From the sequence record NC_061421.1: a DNA stretch of 64,000 bases; one strand, given 5' to 3'. The notes below the pieces were generated by a model. The model was not told the DNA's origin. It saw nothing but the letters and a program-made list of their open reading frames with translations, and made no database searches. The translations under genes and the position numbers were made by a program. Shown in pieces: positions 63,963-64,000 of the stretch (the first letter of the stretch is position 1; the number at the start of each line of letters is the position of its first letter).

Positions 63963-64000
63963 TAAGCGAAGGTAAATGCTCTTTTGTTTCAGCGTAAGCT

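Noticed and set aside
1-64000. CRISPR array, tRNA/rRNA genes, integrase, transposase, reverse transcriptase or homing endonuclease
   Set aside because: No spaced direct repeats, cloverleaves or diagnostic motifs seen; intergenic gaps are short and explained by promoters and hairpins (scan was by eye)

Overview
About 105 densely packed genes from the accessory, mostly early-type region of a large lytic phage. The best fit is a phiKZ-like (Chimalliviridae-type) jumbo phage with a probable enterobacterial host. This assignment is an inference from a head protein carrying repeated S/A-L-E protease sites, a TATATCAC motif resembling the phiKZ early promoter, and YgiB-, P22-tailspike- and lambdoid-GT-like genes. 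Nearly all genes lie on the minus strand in operons separated by strong hairpins. The six plus-strand genes are a processed head protein, two beta-helix tailspikes, a glycosyltransferase pair and a small Cys/His protein. Recognisable enzymes are thymidine kinase, PhoH, a NAMPT-like plus PRPS-like pair (NARP1 arrangement), DHFR, thymidylate synthase, RtcB, a macrodomain, an HD alarmone-hydrolase-like protein and two AAA ATPases, one with mitochondrial BCS1 architecture. The most interesting items are a full-length AcrVA2/FinQ-like protein, the BCS1-like ATPase, the GT pair, a P22 head-binding domain on a jumbo-phage spike, an orphan HigA with an internal start, and a thymidylate synthase carrying three copies of one inserted module. 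Four short genes and one edge-truncated gene missing from the ORF track were read directly from the DNA. No tRNA, rRNA, CRISPR array, integrase, intron or intein was seen. All family assignments come from motifs recognised by eye; no searches were run.
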